A model generated the notes under the pieces. The model made no database searches. It was not told the DNA's origin and was given only the letters and a program-made list of their open reading frames with translations. A program made the position numbers and the translations under genes. From assembly GCA_043814965.1 (NCBI GenBank), contig JBDRJN010000003.1, positions 1,600-65,599 of the forward strand: DNA of 64,000 bases, read 5' to 3'. This stretch comes from Candidatus Omnitrophota bacterium (GTDB lineage Bacteria; Omnitrophota; Gorgyraeia; Gorgyraeales; Gorgyraeaceae). This document shows, piece by piece, positions 19,178 to 29,553 of this stretch; position 1 is the stretch's first letter, and each line of letters begins with the position of its first letter.

Positions 19178-20147
19178 AGTTTTCCTCCATGTCTTTTTTT
19201 GTCTTTATGGGATATAGCAGATGCAGGACGCCTCCCACAAAGCTGAACAGTATTATAAGCCCTAGCCATAGAAGCGAGACTGAAAAGGCAAGGTCCGCTC
19301 CTATGTCAGGTTTTAAAAAATATATAAAAGCCCCTTCTCTTACGCCTAACCCATTGATCGAAGGTAACATGCTGACAGTCCAGATAAGCGGGATAACAAG
19401 GAATAGTTTTAATATAGAGATATTGCCGCCAACGCATAATATGAAGAAGTATATGGATATTACAGTAAAGACCTGCATGATCGTAGTAAGCGCGTATGAT
19501 ATAAAAAGTATCTTTTTCTTATCCCTGTAGGAATTTATAGCGTCATACAGTTTGAGTATTTTTTCTTTTATTTTACGGATCGGGCTGGCCGTGGTCTTGT
19601 TATTTACTTGGAACGGTGCTTTTTTCCTGAAAAGAAAGTACATCAAAGCAATAACAATACCCAGCATGCCCAACGTACCGGTCAAAAGTACTTTATCGTT
19701 CTGGATGCCTTTCCCCATAAAAATAAGCCCTATCCCAGCCAGAGAGAACACGCCTAGAAAACCAGCGATCCTGTCTACGACTATTGCTGCATAAGAGCCT
19801 GCCTTGTTGTTGCTTTTTTTATAGGCATAATAAGCCTTGGCAATGTCTCCCCCGATCGATGTAGGAAAAAAATTATTGAAAAAATAACCTATAAAAGTCA
19901 AATATATATAATCTTTTAAGGGCAGTTTTATACCCTGAGCTTCCATGAGTATCTTTAATCTTATGGAGAGCGCGACAGAAAGAGGTATACTTATACATAA
20001 TGACATAGCCAGATAGAACATGTTGGCATTTTTCAAAGTATGCAGTATCTTTCCTATGTCATTTCTCATTAGCCATGAAAGAGCCAAGATAAGGCCCAGG
20101 CTTACAGAGATGCGCAATATGAGCAGTATATTTTTTTTATTTACCAT
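19167..20147 (-). CDS. Lysylphosphatidylglycerol synthase TM / flippase-like membrane protein
   Basis: [13 protein letters not shown] and [11 protein letters not shown] motifs, polytopic. Confidence 0.85.
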   Translation of the reverse strand: MVNKKNILLILRISVSLGLILALSWLMRNDIGKILHTLKNANMFYLAMSLCISIPLSVALSIRLKILMEAQGIKLPLKDYIYLTFIGYFFNNFFPTSIGGDIAKAYYAYKKSNNKAGSYAAIVVDRIAGFLGVFSLAGIGLIFMGKGIQNDKVLLTGTLGMLGIVIALMYFLFRKKAPFQVNNKTTASPIRKIKEKILKLYDAINSYRDKKKILFISYALTTIMQVFTVISIYFFILCVGGNISILKLFLVIPLIWTVSMLPSINGLGVREGAFIYFLKPDIGADLAFSVSLLWLGLIILFSFVGGVLHLLYPIKTKKDMEENYDR

Positions 20148-20947
20148 AGGATCAGCCCTGCGTACCCGACAACTGAAGAGTAATCTCCTGATACATCACC
20201 GCTTGTCTGGTATTTTACGAGGCCTGCTTTTTTAGCCCCGATATTTTTACAAATAGCGATAAGCGTACATGTCGGAGCGGCCCCGCACATTGAGATAGTG
20301 TTATCTCTCACTGTATTATACAGCTTTTCTTCATCTAAAGATAGTATTGCTTCTATGGCAAGACCGTCCTTCTTCTCAGCTAGATCGCTTTTTTCATAAT
20401 GCGTAAAGTCAGTGCTTGCTATAAAAAAGGCGCTCCGGCCTATTTTTTTATATCCGCGCGCTATCTCTTGTCCCAGGAGTTTTAGTTCATCAAGGCCGGA
20501 CATACCGACTGTTATAGGTACTATCTTTATATCTTTTTTTAGGTACTGCAGGAATGGCAGTTCTACCTCGATAGAATGTTCATATAAGTGCGATTCGACA
20601 TCCTCCTTTAATAAAGAGCTTTCTTTTAATATAGCCTCAGCTATCTCTGTATCTATCTTGACATCCCCCAGCGGTGTGTTCCAGCTTCCATGCGTCATGA
20701 TGCTGAATTTTGCGCCAGTCAGCGTGTGGTTTGTGCCTAGTATGACAGCAGTATTTTTTATATCGACCTTGGAAAGCGTCTTTCCAGCGACTCCTCCTGA
20801 ATATATATATCCAGCATGCGGCAGAACCAGGCCTAAGGCGTCTTCTTTTTCAGGATCCTTGATATCTATCAGCTTGGAAAGAAGATCCTTTAGGCTTTTC
20901 TCGGTCTGTGGGTAAAATTGGCCGCTTACAACAGGTTTTCTTATCAT
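20141..20947 (-). CDS. MEMO1-family protein (AmmeMemoRadiSam protein B)
   Basis: RKPVVSGQFYP, PHAGYIYSG, EHSIEV.LPFLQ, STDFTHY, SMCG. Confidence 0.93.
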   Translation of the reverse strand: MIRKPVVSGQFYPQTEKSLKDLLSKLIDIKDPEKEDALGLVLPHAGYIYSGGVAGKTLSKVDIKNTAVILGTNHTLTGAKFSIMTHGSWNTPLGDVKIDTEIAEAILKESSLLKEDVESHLYEHSIEVELPFLQYLKKDIKIVPITVGMSGLDELKLLGQEIARGYKKIGRSAFFIASTDFTHYEKSDLAEKKDGLAIEAILSLDEEKLYNTVRDNTISMCGAAPTCTLIAICKNIGAKKAGLVKYQTSGDVSGDYSSVVGYAGLILW

Positions 20948-23535
20948 TCTTTACCTTTTAGGACAACTATAGCTGTCTTTTCTAGGTCCAGGATCTTTTT
21001 GGCTATATCTTTTATATTTTCTTGCGTAACCTTGCCCACCCTTTTATTATAATCTATATAATTATCATATCCTAAACCATAAAGCTCATCCAGCGAGACC
21101 GAGAATATGAAACTTGAGTTCGTGTGCAGCCTCATCTCGTTGACAGCTTTTAGGTGGTTTTTGGATCTCTCAAGCTCTTCTTCCGGCGGGCCATTTTTTT
21201 TAAAAGATCTTATCTCGCTAAAGACCAGGCCTTTTACTTTATCTATGTCTTTTTTAGAAGTAAGTGCATAAATAGCAATGTATCCTGGGTCTACGCCCAT
21301 CATCTGGAATGCTCCCTGGGCATAAGAAAGCGCGTTTTCCCCTCGTATGTTTTGAAAGATGACCCCTGATTCTCTTGACAGCATATCGGACATGACATCA
21401 AACGCCGCTTTATCTTTGTCATATATAGAGATCCCATGGAAACCTATGAGTACAAGAGACTGTGTTTTGTCTGTGGCTATCTCAAGGCTTCTTGGATTTT
21501 CGATAGGCCTTTCTTTTAAGGGACTTTGAAAGACAGATTTTTTGTAAGGTATCTTTGAAAAATATTTTTTAGCAAGTTCTTCTATTGTGGAGGTATCGAT
21601 ATCGCCTGATATACCTACGGCCATGTTCTCAGAAGACACAACATTTTTTAAAAAACCTGACACATCTTCTCTTTTGATGTTTTCAATACTTTTTTGTTCT
21701 CCTATGACCTGGAATCTGTAGCTATGATCCTTAAAAAGTTCTTTTTTCAGGAGCCTGCTGCCATATGTGAAGATATCATCATCTTGCATGGATATTGCCG
21801 TAGAGACCTCATTTTTTTCTCTCCCGAATTCTTCTTCAGGGACATTTGACCCCATGAGTATGGTAGACAAAAATTGCAATGCATCCTCGGTATATTCCTT
21901 AAGGCTTGTCAGGGTGATACCCAGGCTGTTATTGCCGGAGTAAGTTTCTACGGACATGCCTTTTGATTCATATAGGTCTATGACCTCTTTTCTGGGCATG
22001 GCCTCTGTGCCTGATATTAACATATTACTAGCGAGATTAGATATACCGTTATTGTCTTTATTCTCTATTCTTACCCCGCCCTTAAGGACTACTGAGATCG
22101 CTATAATAGGAAGCGAATCATCTTTTGATATAAGGATAGGCAGGTTATTCTCAAGCACTATTTTTTTTATAGCCCTATCCTGTTTTTCCGCGGCTTTGTT
22201 TATGTCAAGGGCTAGGGCCTGTCCCGATCTGCTTAGTACAGCTATGGTCATATTCTCGCTGGTAAGGTATTTTTTAGAAACTCTTGCTATATCTTCTTTT
22301 GTCACGGACCTTATTTTTTCTATATAAGTGTCAAAAAAATTACAGTCTCCCATCGAGAGGCTTCCTATAGCCAGATCATTCGATCTGGAAGCAAAGCTTT
22401 CTTTTTCGCGTATATATCCGGATAAGAAATTATTTTTTGCCCTTTCAAGCTCTTTTTCGGTTACAGCGCCTTCTCTCAATAGTTCTAGCTGATCCAGGAG
22501 TTCCTTTAAGGCCTCATTGACTTTTTCTTCTTTAAGGACGCATGAGATGACAAAAAGGCCTGGTTCGCAAGGCGTGTAATTATAGCTTGATACGGACAGG
22601 ACTATCTTTTTGTCTATACGCAAAGATTCATTCAATCTGGATCCTTCACCCTGGCCCAGCAAAAAAGAAAGCACATCCATGGCATAGAGATCATCATTGG
22701 CCATTGATGTAGAATGGAAAGCCATATTCAGGTACGCGCCGTCAAAGATCGCCTTTTGTTCCACGTAACGCGTAGAAAGCTGTTTGGGCTCTTTTGGATT
22801 TGAGACGATCTTATCAGGCCCTCTTTTTTTTCGGCCGAACCTGTCGTTTAATTCCTTGGCAATAGCGCCGCTATCTATGTCACCGACTATCGCTATGACT
22901 ATCTTTTGAGGTATATAGTTCTCTTTAAAAAAAGTCATAACGTCTTTTTGGCCAAGCGCGGCAAAGGTTTCTTTGTAGCCGATTATTGGTATTTTGTAAG
23001 GGTGCCGGTTGTATGCGGTAGAGAAAGTCAGTCTTGATATCTTTTTGCCGGGATCGTCATCTCCAAGCGCCATCTCCCTCTCTATTACATCTTTTTCTTT
23101 TAAAAGCTCATTTTTATTAAAAGTAGGCTCGGACAGCATGTCTTCTAAAATATCAAGGGCTATGGATACATGTTCTTTTAGGATAGTTATCCTTATCCCA
23201 GTATAGTCATAGGACGTAAAAGCATTTATATCTCCCCCGCACTGATGTAATGTGCTTTCTATGGAGTTGGCGGGATAATTCTTGGTACCCTTGAACAGCA
23301 TATGCTCTATTAGATGGCTTATGCCGCTCCCGAGATATTGAGCTTCTTTGCTTGATCCCACATCTATGAAACTGGATATGGATACGATAGGACTTTTGTG
23401 GTTTTCTTCTATGATAACTTTGAGGCCGTTATCAAAGGTCTTTATATCCTGGGCATTTATTACATCAGGCTCAAAAAACACGCCAAAAATAAAAAATGCC
23501 AAGATTAATATAGAGTTTTTAGTGATCTTGGACAC
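20944..23535 (-). CDS. Secreted M16 (pitrilysin-like) zinc peptidase, two-repeat
   Basis: Signal peptide, HLIEHMLFKGT inverted zinc motif, second inactive half. Confidence 0.92.
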   Translation of the reverse strand: MSKITKNSILILAFFIFGVFFEPDVINAQDIKTFDNGLKVIIEENHKSPIVSISSFIDVGSSKEAQYLGSGISHLIEHMLFKGTKNYPANSIESTLHQCGGDINAFTSYDYTGIRITILKEHVSIALDILEDMLSEPTFNKNELLKEKDVIEREMALGDDDPGKKISRLTFSTAYNRHPYKIPIIGYKETFAALGQKDVMTFFKENYIPQKIVIAIVGDIDSGAIAKELNDRFGRKKRGPDKIVSNPKEPKQLSTRYVEQKAIFDGAYLNMAFHSTSMANDDLYAMDVLSFLLGQGEGSRLNESLRIDKKIVLSVSSYNYTPCEPGLFVISCVLKEEKVNEALKELLDQLELLREGAVTEKELERAKNNFLSGYIREKESFASRSNDLAIGSLSMGDCNFFDTYIEKIRSVTKEDIARVSKKYLTSENMTIAVLSRSGQALALDINKAAEKQDRAIKKIVLENNLPILISKDDSLPIIAISVVLKGGVRIENKDNNGISNLASNMLISGTEAMPRKEVIDLYESKGMSVETYSGNNSLGITLTSLKEYTEDALQFLSTILMGSNVPEEEFGREKNEVSTAISMQDDDIFTYGSRLLKKELFKDHSYRFQVIGEQKSIENIKREDVSGFLKNVVSSENMAVGISGDIDTSTIEELAKKYFSKIPYKKSVFQSPLKERPIENPRSLEIATDKTQSLVLIGFHGISIYDKDKAAFDVMSDMLSRESGVIFQNIRGENALSYAQGAFQMMGVDPGYIAIYALTSKKDIDKVKGLVFSEIRSFKKNGPPEEELERSKNHLKAVNEMRLHTNSSFIFSVSLDELYGLGYDNYIDYNKRVGKVTQENIKDIAKKILDLEKTAIVVLKGKE

Positions 23536-23543
23536 TGGATAAG

Positions 23544-23714
23544 TTAATATTTGCTGCTAGTTGATCTTGATTTTCTTCTCTTTTTTTCGCTGGGCTTTTC
23601 GTAGTGCTTGCGTGCCTTTAATTGCTTAAGCACACCTTCACGCTCTATTTTTTTCTTAAAACGCCTTAGGGCTTTTTCTAAAGGTTCTCCCGGAGCAATA
23701 TCTATACGTGACAT
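23544..23714 (-). CDS. rpsU: 30S ribosomal protein S21 (56 aa)
   Basis: Manual translation MSRIDIAPGEPLEKALRRFKKKIEREGVLKQLKARKHYEKPSEKKRRK... Confidence 0.95.
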   Translation of the reverse strand: MSRIDIAPGEPLEKALRRFKKKIEREGVLKQLKARKHYEKPSEKKRRKSRSTSSKY

Positions 23715-23762
23715 CAGTTTATTTCACCCCTTTTTCGGTTAGTTGTTCATTTATATCAATGT

Positions 23763-23791
23763 ATTTTATCCAAATTCTGGATTTATGTCAA
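23763..23791 (-). promoter_or_regulatory. Sigma70-type promoter upstream of rpsU
   Basis: TTGACA-17 nt-TAAAAT on minus strand. Confidence 0.7.
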
Positions 23792-23813
23792 GATATAATA
23801 TCTATATTACATC

Positions 23814-23841
23814 TACATACTATACACTACATACTGAATAC
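23814..23841. repeat. 7-bp tandem array (TACATAC type)
   Basis: TACATAC TATACAC TACATAC TGAATAC just downstream of tatA. Confidence 0.55.
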
Positions 23842-23846
23842 TGCTT

Positions 23847-23996
23847 TTACTCCTTATCGTCGTCCTTCAGGCCTTTTTTGAATTCCTTTATCCCTTTTGC
23901 CAGGTTTTTTGTTATCTCGGGCAATCTTGCGGCTCCGAACACCAGAAGGCATATAAGAAGTATCAATAAAAGTTCAGGCATGCCAATACCAAACAT
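23847..23996 (-). CDS. tatA: Twin-arginine translocase TatA/E (49 aa)
   Basis: [42 protein letters not shown]; GGAGG RBS. Confidence 0.93.
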   Translation of the reverse strand: MFGIGMPELLLILLICLLVFGAARLPEITKNLAKGIKEFKKGLKDDDKE

Positions 23997-24004
23997 AAGA
24001 CCTC

Positions 24005-25108
24005 CTACAGTTTTTTTAGTATTTTATCTATATCTACGTATTTTTCTACTAGTTTAGTGGCCAGCAGCATCTTTTCTTTATCTTTAGGACCTATTTTTAT
24101 TGCTAGGTCATGTATCTTGGAAGCAGTGAGATATGTATGGTTTTTACTTAATAGTACTGGTATTTTAGCTTTTTCTATCAGTGTCATTATGCTTTTCTTT
24201 GGTACGATCCCTCCAGTAAGCACTATGCCGGCTATGGATATGTCCCTATCGTTCTTTTTTAAGAGATGAGCGCTAAGAAGCGTCATGAGCATGTCTTCCC
24301 TGTCGCCAGGGGTTATAAGAAGAGAACCGTTTTCAATATACATAAGCGCGTCATGCGGCTCCATGGCGCCTATAAGTATTTTTTTTATTTTGTTTCTCAT
24401 GCCAGTTTTTTTAGATATCAATTTCATGTCCGTCTCTTCCAGTATATGCTGTATCAAGGGCATCGAGAGCATGGGCGTATAAGGTATGACCCCTAAAAGA
24501 TCTATGCCTCTACTTTTAAGCCCCAACTTTACCACTCTTCTTACTTTGTTGAATTTTTCCGGCCTTACTTTATTGACAATAGCTCCTATTACCTCAACGC
24601 CCTCTTTTTCGAACAGTGCCATATTGAGTTCTATCTCGTCGATAGGTTTGCCTATGCCTCCAGCAGCTATTAGTATGACCTTTGCGTCCAGCATCCTTGC
24701 GACCTTCGCATTGGAGAGGTCAAAGACAGATCCCACGCCTGCATGCCCTGTTCCTTCTATGACTATCAGCTCCTTACCTTTGGATATGCGTTCAAAAGAA
24801 GAGATTATCTCATTGCTCAGTTTTTTGCTGCGCCCTTTCATGATATATTTTTCTGTAAAACCTTTTTCTATAGCTATAGGGCTCATATCCTTCAGGCGAG
24901 CCTTCATACCATAGACCTTTTCCATCAAGACAGAGTCTTCATCGATCTTATAACCTTCTTCTATTACATAGCGCTGGCCGACAGGTTTTATAAAACCGAC
25001 TCTTCTGAATTTTTTCTTGAAGGCGTTTATCAAGCCGAGAGATAGGGTTGTTTTTCCGTTATTTTGCTTTGTAGCAGCTATAAATATCTTTTTTACTTTT
25101 TTTCCCAT
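24005..25108 (-). CDS. Pta N-terminal-like protein (BioD/AAA_26 P-loop + DRTGG domain), no acetyltransferase domain
   Basis: NNGKTT P-loop, [23 protein letters not shown]-like motif. Confidence 0.8.
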   Translation of the reverse strand: MGKKVKKIFIAATKQNNGKTTLSLGLINAFKKKFRRVGFIKPVGQRYVIEEGYKIDEDSVLMEKVYGMKARLKDMSPIAIEKGFTEKYIMKGRSKKLSNEIISSFERISKGKELIVIEGTGHAGVGSVFDLSNAKVARMLDAKVILIAAGGIGKPIDEIELNMALFEKEGVEVIGAIVNKVRPEKFNKVRRVVKLGLKSRGIDLLGVIPYTPMLSMPLIQHILEETDMKLISKKTGMRNKIKKILIGAMEPHDALMYIENGSLLITPGDREDMLMTLLSAHLLKKNDRDISIAGIVLTGGIVPKKSIMTLIEKAKIPVLLSKNHTYLTASKIHDLAIKIGPKDKEKMLLATKLVEKYVDIDKILKKL

Positions 25109-26379
25109 TTTAAAAGCTCCGTTACTTTTGCGAGAGTGCTTCCGTCGTCTATTTCTTTACGCAGGCGGTCTTCGGCTTCAAGAACGCTCATCGCCCTGTT
25201 GGCGACTTCTACTATATGGCCTTTCGGTATTACCATGACCCCGTCATCATCCCCAATGATATAATCCCCGGGGAATATCCTTCTATTGTCGATCATTATC
25301 GGTACATTGATCTCTCCAAAGCCTTTTGGTTCTCCAGCAGAAGACATGATAAGTTTTGTAAATATAGGAAATCTTACTTTTTTGATCTCTTCGACATCTC
25401 TTATAGCGCCATACACTACACATCCTGCTACTTTTTTTTGTATCGCGCCATGCGTAGCAAGCTCTCCCCATATAGCAGGGCCTACACCTCCTGAATCTAT
25501 GACGATGACTTCTCCTGGTTGAGCGCTGTCAATAGCCTCTACTGGCTTTGACCAATCCCCTGGATATGTCCTTACAGTTATAGCTGGGCCAAACATCTTT
25601 ATACCAGGCAATATTGAAAAAATGCCTTCCAAAGGCCTGATCCTGTGCATTGCATCTGAGACATTGGCGGATGATACGCGGTTTAATATCGATGTTATAT
25701 CTTTGAGGGAGGACCTTTTAAAGAGATCCGTTTTTATTGCCTTAAGTGTTGTGATAGACTTTTTTATTTTTTGAGCAGCTTCTTTAGCGTCCTTTGATTT
25801 ATTAAGAGCTCCTCCTACTATTACAATAGAAGCCCCTGATTTTATTGCCAGAGGCGCTGTCTCTGAATTGATACCTCCTGCTACAGCTATAGGTAAAGAT
25901 GTTATCTTGGATATCTCTTTTAATTCTAAAAAAGGGTCCTTTGCGTGCATCTGGTCATCAATAGAACAATGTATCCCTATATAGTCCACTCCCAGTTTTT
26001 CTACGGCTTTTACCCGGTTTTTTATGTCTTTTACAGCAATAAGGTCTACTTGTATCTTTGCCCCGTAGTTATGCGCTGCTTCGACGCATTCTTTTATTGT
26101 AGCATCGCTTGCTGCGCCAAGTACGCATACTACATTGGCGCCTGATTTTGCAGCTATCTCTACTTCTGTGCGGCCGGCATCCATGATCTTCATATCAGCG
26201 ACAATAGTCTTTTTGGGAAATAGCTTTCTTAAGCTCCTTACAGCATTCAGGCCTTCGCTTTTTATTAGAGGCGTCCCTGCCTCTATCCAGTCCGCGCCTC
26301 CGCTGACAGCTTCACCTGCGCACTTTAGGGCTCTTTTTAGGTCTATAAAATCCAAAGCTACCTGTAATACTGGTTTCAT
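25093..26379 (-). CDS. 3-hexulose-6-phosphate synthase fused to RraA/HMG-aldolase-like domain
   Basis: LQVALD, IEAGTPLIKSEG, VADMK.MDAG, AVAGGI (Hps/OMPDC fold), then SSANVSDAM, WGEL, GAIRD, GDDDGV (RraA); start at MKPVLQ. Confidence 0.88.
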   Translation of the reverse strand: MKPVLQVALDFIDLKRALKCAGEAVSGGADWIEAGTPLIKSEGLNAVRSLRKLFPKKTIVADMKIMDAGRTEVEIAAKSGANVVCVLGAASDATIKECVEAAHNYGAKIQVDLIAVKDIKNRVKAVEKLGVDYIGIHCSIDDQMHAKDPFLELKEISKITSLPIAVAGGINSETAPLAIKSGASIVIVGGALNKSKDAKEAAQKIKKSITTLKAIKTDLFKRSSLKDITSILNRVSSANVSDAMHRIRPLEGIFSILPGIKMFGPAITVRTYPGDWSKPVEAIDSAQPGEVIVIDSGGVGPAIWGELATHGAIQKKVAGCVVYGAIRDVEEIKKVRFPIFTKLIMSSAGEPKGFGEINVPIMIDNRRIFPGDYIIGDDDGVMVIPKGHIVEVANRAMSVLEAEDRLRKEIDDGSTLAKVTELLKWEKK

Positions 26380-26488
26380 GACGCTACCTTTTTTTGTTTT
26401 TTGGCACACTGAAGTGTGCCCTACAAATTTGCCGCAGCGGCCTTCATAAGCAGGCGCATTAAAATACGCCTATTCTCGGCCTTTGCAA

Positions 26489-26905
26489 TCATTCTCCCAC
26501 GATTTGTACGACTAATTCCCTGGACCTAGGCCTATTGTCAAAATCTATAAATATTATCTGCTGCCATGTCCCGAGCATCATAGAACCATCTGTAAAAGGC
26601 ACTGCTATGCTAGGGCCTAAAAGACTTGCTCTTACATGGCCATAACCATTGCCGTCATTCCAGCGGATATTGTGCTGGTAAGCTGCTTTCTCAGGGATTA
26701 TCTTTTCAAAAAATACTTTCAAGTCTTCTACCAGCCCAGGCTCGTACTCAACAGTGGTCAGCCCTCCTGTTGAACCAGAGACAAATACAGTGAGGATGCC
26801 TTTTTTTAATTTTGTGGATGAAAGAGCGCTAGCTACCTCACTGGTTATATCTATGATGTCCGTAGAACCCTTTGTTTTGAGTTTTATTTTTTTTGTTATC
26901 ACCAT
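26489..26905 (-). CDS. yjbQ: YjbQ/UPF0047 family protein (secondary thiamine-phosphate synthase-like)
   Basis: DIT, GSTGGLTT.EYE, DGNG..H.RASLLG, LGTWQQI. Confidence 0.9.
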   Translation of the reverse strand: MVITKKIKLKTKGSTDIIDITSEVASALSSTKLKKGILTVFVSGSTGGLTTVEYEPGLVEDLKVFFEKIIPEKAAYQHNIRWNDGNGYGHVRASLLGPSIAVPFTDGSMMLGTWQQIIFIDFDNRPRSRELVVQIVGE

Positions 26906-26907
26906 AG

Positions 26908-27702
26908 TTATTTCTTTCTGTATGCCTCAAGGAACGAGTCGCAATAAAGCTGTTTTTCCATAATAAGTTCCGCAGTTATCACTGCATCCATAAGATCTTT
27001 ATCTCCTACATCCATTATAGCTGCGTCCAGGCCTGAAGATATAGCCATAACAAGGAAAGTTCTATTGATAAGTTCTTTGTATTGTCCAAGAGAGCCTTGA
27101 GACACATTTGATAAACCCAGGACTGTTTTAGGCGCTGGGTCTGAAAGCATCTTTGAATCCCTGATAGTCTTTAGGACCTCTTTTCCATGGCCTTGAGCAA
27201 CATTTACAGGCAGTATTACTGCGTCTAGATACAGCTCTGATATATCAATGCCATGCTCCAAGCACCCTGCTACTATCTTTATCGCGAGCTCCAATCTGCC
27301 CTCGCTGTCATTAGGTATGCCTGATTTATCCATAGTAAGCCCTATTATGGATGTATTGTATTTTTTTGCCAAAGGGAATAAAGTATCCATCTTATCCTGA
27401 TTGGCATTTACAGAATTTATTATAGGTTTTGATTTGCAGAGTTTAAGCCCTGCTTCCATGACATCAGGTTTTGTGGTATCTATGGCAAGCCGCGCATCAG
27501 TCACTTCTGTAATAGTCTTTACAAGCCACTCCATAGCGTCTTTTGGGTCAGCTGAAGCTGGCCCTACATTGACGTCAAGAGCTGATGCTCCGAGCGAGAC
27601 CTGTTTTTTCGCGAGGTCCTGTATCACGGATTTATTTTTAGTTATTATGGCTTCTTTGACATCTTTGAACATGCCATTTATTCTTTCACCTATCATGAAC
27701 AT
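26908..27702 (-). CDS. acsE: Methyltetrahydrofolate:corrinoid Fe-S protein methyltransferase
   Basis: IGERINGMF, LDVNVGP, IDT, INS, GLSNVS pterin-binding motifs; next to acsD. Confidence 0.92.
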   Translation of the reverse strand: MFMIGERINGMFKDVKEAIITKNKSVIQDLAKKQVSLGASALDVNVGPASADPKDAMEWLVKTITEVTDARLAIDTTKPDVMEAGLKLCKSKPIINSVNANQDKMDTLFPLAKKYNTSIIGLTMDKSGIPNDSEGRLELAIKIVAGCLEHGIDISELYLDAVILPVNVAQGHGKEVLKTIRDSKMLSDPAPKTVLGLSNVSQGSLGQYKELINRTFLVMAISSGLDAAIMDVGDKDLMDAVITAELIMEKQLYCDSFLEAYRKK

Positions 27703-27726
27703 CCTTATCTCCTCCTATCTTGTATC

Positions 27727-27793
27727 ACTTAACCCGCTTGCCCTCCGTAGCCTTGGCGTAGGAGGGTACCCCGTAACCCATTGCCCGTAACCC
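27727..27793. repeat. Small palindrome plus 7-bp tandem array at acsD/acsE junction
   Basis: CCCTCCGTAGCCTTGGCGTAGGAGGG followed by CCCGTAA CCCATTG CCCGTAA. Confidence 0.6.
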
Positions 27794-28761
27794 TAGCAGC
27801 CGACTTTACACAAGTCTCTTATCGCTTCTTTTGTCTTTTTCACTGCTTTTGGATGATTCATCACAAGTATGTCGCAGCCTGCATTTAGATATGAAAGCGC
27901 TGTCGCGGTCTCAAGAAGAGCTCCCCTGTCTTTTGGGCCTCCCCATTCCTTGGATGCCTCTCCCCCTGTCTTTGCTTCTTTTGTACGCCAGACCTCATGG
28001 CCTATAAAATTTATCATAGGCATTGAAAGCATCTTATCTCCTGATAGTCCTGCAAGCCGCGTCCTCTCCATTATAGAGTAGGTATATTCCAGGCCGTACC
28101 CCAGAGCGCCTGTCGCGTGATGTATCACGATCTTATCTTTCGGGAATTGCATATCGCATATAAGTATATTGAGCTGTTTTGCGATATTTATGTCTATAGG
28201 GGCCTCTGCTATTATAGAATGTCCTGCGCTTAATGCCGCAGCAGTCAGGGTCTTATAGTTTTCTTGTGAGGCTATTCCGAATAAACAATTCTCGCCTTTT
28301 GCAACATCAGTGCAGTGTATCATGACATCATTGTCTTTTTCAGGAGAAGAAGAGCCTATCACTATGAGAGGAACTGATATATTCTTAAGCATGTTCTCCA
28401 AGACTTTTCCCGCGTCATCTACTGATGTATTTTTTGTATCAGGATGAGTGCTCGCCAGCCTCAAACATATAAGGTCAGCATTGTATTTTTCTACACATAG
28501 CTTTGCCCATTGTACAGGGTCTTTAAGAGCATTTCCGAAGTTCTCTTTTAAGGCCTCTGACCATGCTTCTCCAGGATCCATGTCCCATACTTCCATAGCA
28601 ACAACCGGAGGGTTTGGGCATTTATCCTCATCATTTATAAAAAATATACCTGTTTCTCCACCGACTTTTATTGTCTTTGACCTTGAGCCGCCCTCTTCCT
28701 TGGCTGCTCCTATTTTGACCTCACTTATTCTGTCCTGCCATTTATCCATGACCCTATCCAT
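27793..28761 (-). CDS. acsD: Corrinoid Fe-S protein small (delta) subunit
   Basis: VGGE, P.VAMEVWD, PIDINIAKQLN, ALGYGLEYTYSIMERTRLA.L.GD.ML.MP. Confidence 0.93.
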   Translation of the reverse strand: MDRVMDKWQDRISEVKIGAAKEEGGSRSKTIKVGGETGIFFINDEDKCPNPPVVAMEVWDMDPGEAWSEALKENFGNALKDPVQWAKLCVEKYNADLICLRLASTHPDTKNTSVDDAGKVLENMLKNISVPLIVIGSSSPEKDNDVMIHCTDVAKGENCLFGIASQENYKTLTAAALSAGHSIIAEAPIDINIAKQLNILICDMQFPKDKIVIHHATGALGYGLEYTYSIMERTRLAGLSGDKMLSMPMINFIGHEVWRTKEAKTGGEASKEWGGPKDRGALLETATALSYLNAGCDILVMNHPKAVKKTKEAIRDLCKVGC

Positions 28762-29505
28762 TCATACCCCCGCTTTTTTTGATATCTTGTCGATTATCTT
28801 TGATAAGCCTTCAGCGTCTTCCGTAGGCTTTACTTCAATACCTTGTTCACTATCTATGGCAATAGATTCATTGTAAGAAAAATAACCATCTAATGCAAGC
28901 CCGGAATCTTTGATCAGTTTTAATTTGCTTTCTTCCAGAAGCGCCTTGGCCTTATTTACAATAAGTGATATATCTTTTACTTTCAGGCCGGCTGACCTTG
29001 CTGTATTGAACGCGTGTATAGCTGAGTCAAGGCCGACCTTTGTAGTGTCACTTACAAGTAAAAGCAGGTCTATCTCGTTTGCGGTCCTTCGGCTCAAGTG
29101 TTCCATGCCAGCTTCATTGTCTATTATGATAAATCTGTAATTTTTTCCAAGCCTCACCAGGTAATCTCTCAACATGTTGTTTACCGCGCAATAGCATCCG
29201 CTGCCCTCGGGACGCCCCATGACAAGTAGGTCCACGCCTTTTCCTTCCGAGACAGCCTCTTCTATCTTGAGGTTGAAGAAATCGCTTTTTGATAGGCCTT
29301 TTGACTCGAGAGACCTTGCTTCTTCCCTGATATCAGCTATGGTCTCGTCATAAGAAAGTCCTAACGCAATATCTAAATTGGAGTTCGGATCTGCGTCGAC
29401 CGCAAGGATAGGGCTATCAATTTTTAAAAGCAGTCTTATCAAAATAGAAGATATCGTGGTCTTGCCTACTCCGCCTTTTCCTGCGACTGCGATCGTGTAT
29501 GCCAT
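28762..29505 (-). CDS. cooC: CooC/AcsF-type nickel-insertion ATPase
   Basis: GKGGVGKTT, VDADPNSN, GCYC, DNEAGMEHLSR. Confidence 0.9.
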   Translation of the reverse strand: MAYTIAVAGKGGVGKTTISSILIRLLLKIDSPILAVDADPNSNLDIALGLSYDETIADIREEARSLESKGLSKSDFFNLKIEEAVSEGKGVDLLVMGRPEGSGCYCAVNNMLRDYLVRLGKNYRFIIIDNEAGMEHLSRRTANEIDLLLLVSDTTKVGLDSAIHAFNTARSAGLKVKDISLIVNKAKALLEESKLKLIKDSGLALDGYFSYNESIAIDSEQGIEVKPTEDAEGLSKIIDKISKKAGV

Positions 29506-29518
29506 ATGTAATTTGTTG

Positions 29519-29553
29519 CGCGTTATCCGTAACCCTTTACCCTTTACCCGTCA
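29519..29553. repeat. 7-bp tandem array overlapping the acsV stop
   Basis: CGCGTTA TCCGTAA CCCTTTA CCCTTTA CCCGTCA. Confidence 0.65.

Noticed and set aside
26410-26488. Small nested hairpin (GGCC...AGGCG/CGCCT...GGCC) between yjbQ and hps
   Set aside because: Single copy, short stems, no recognisable family; insufficient support.
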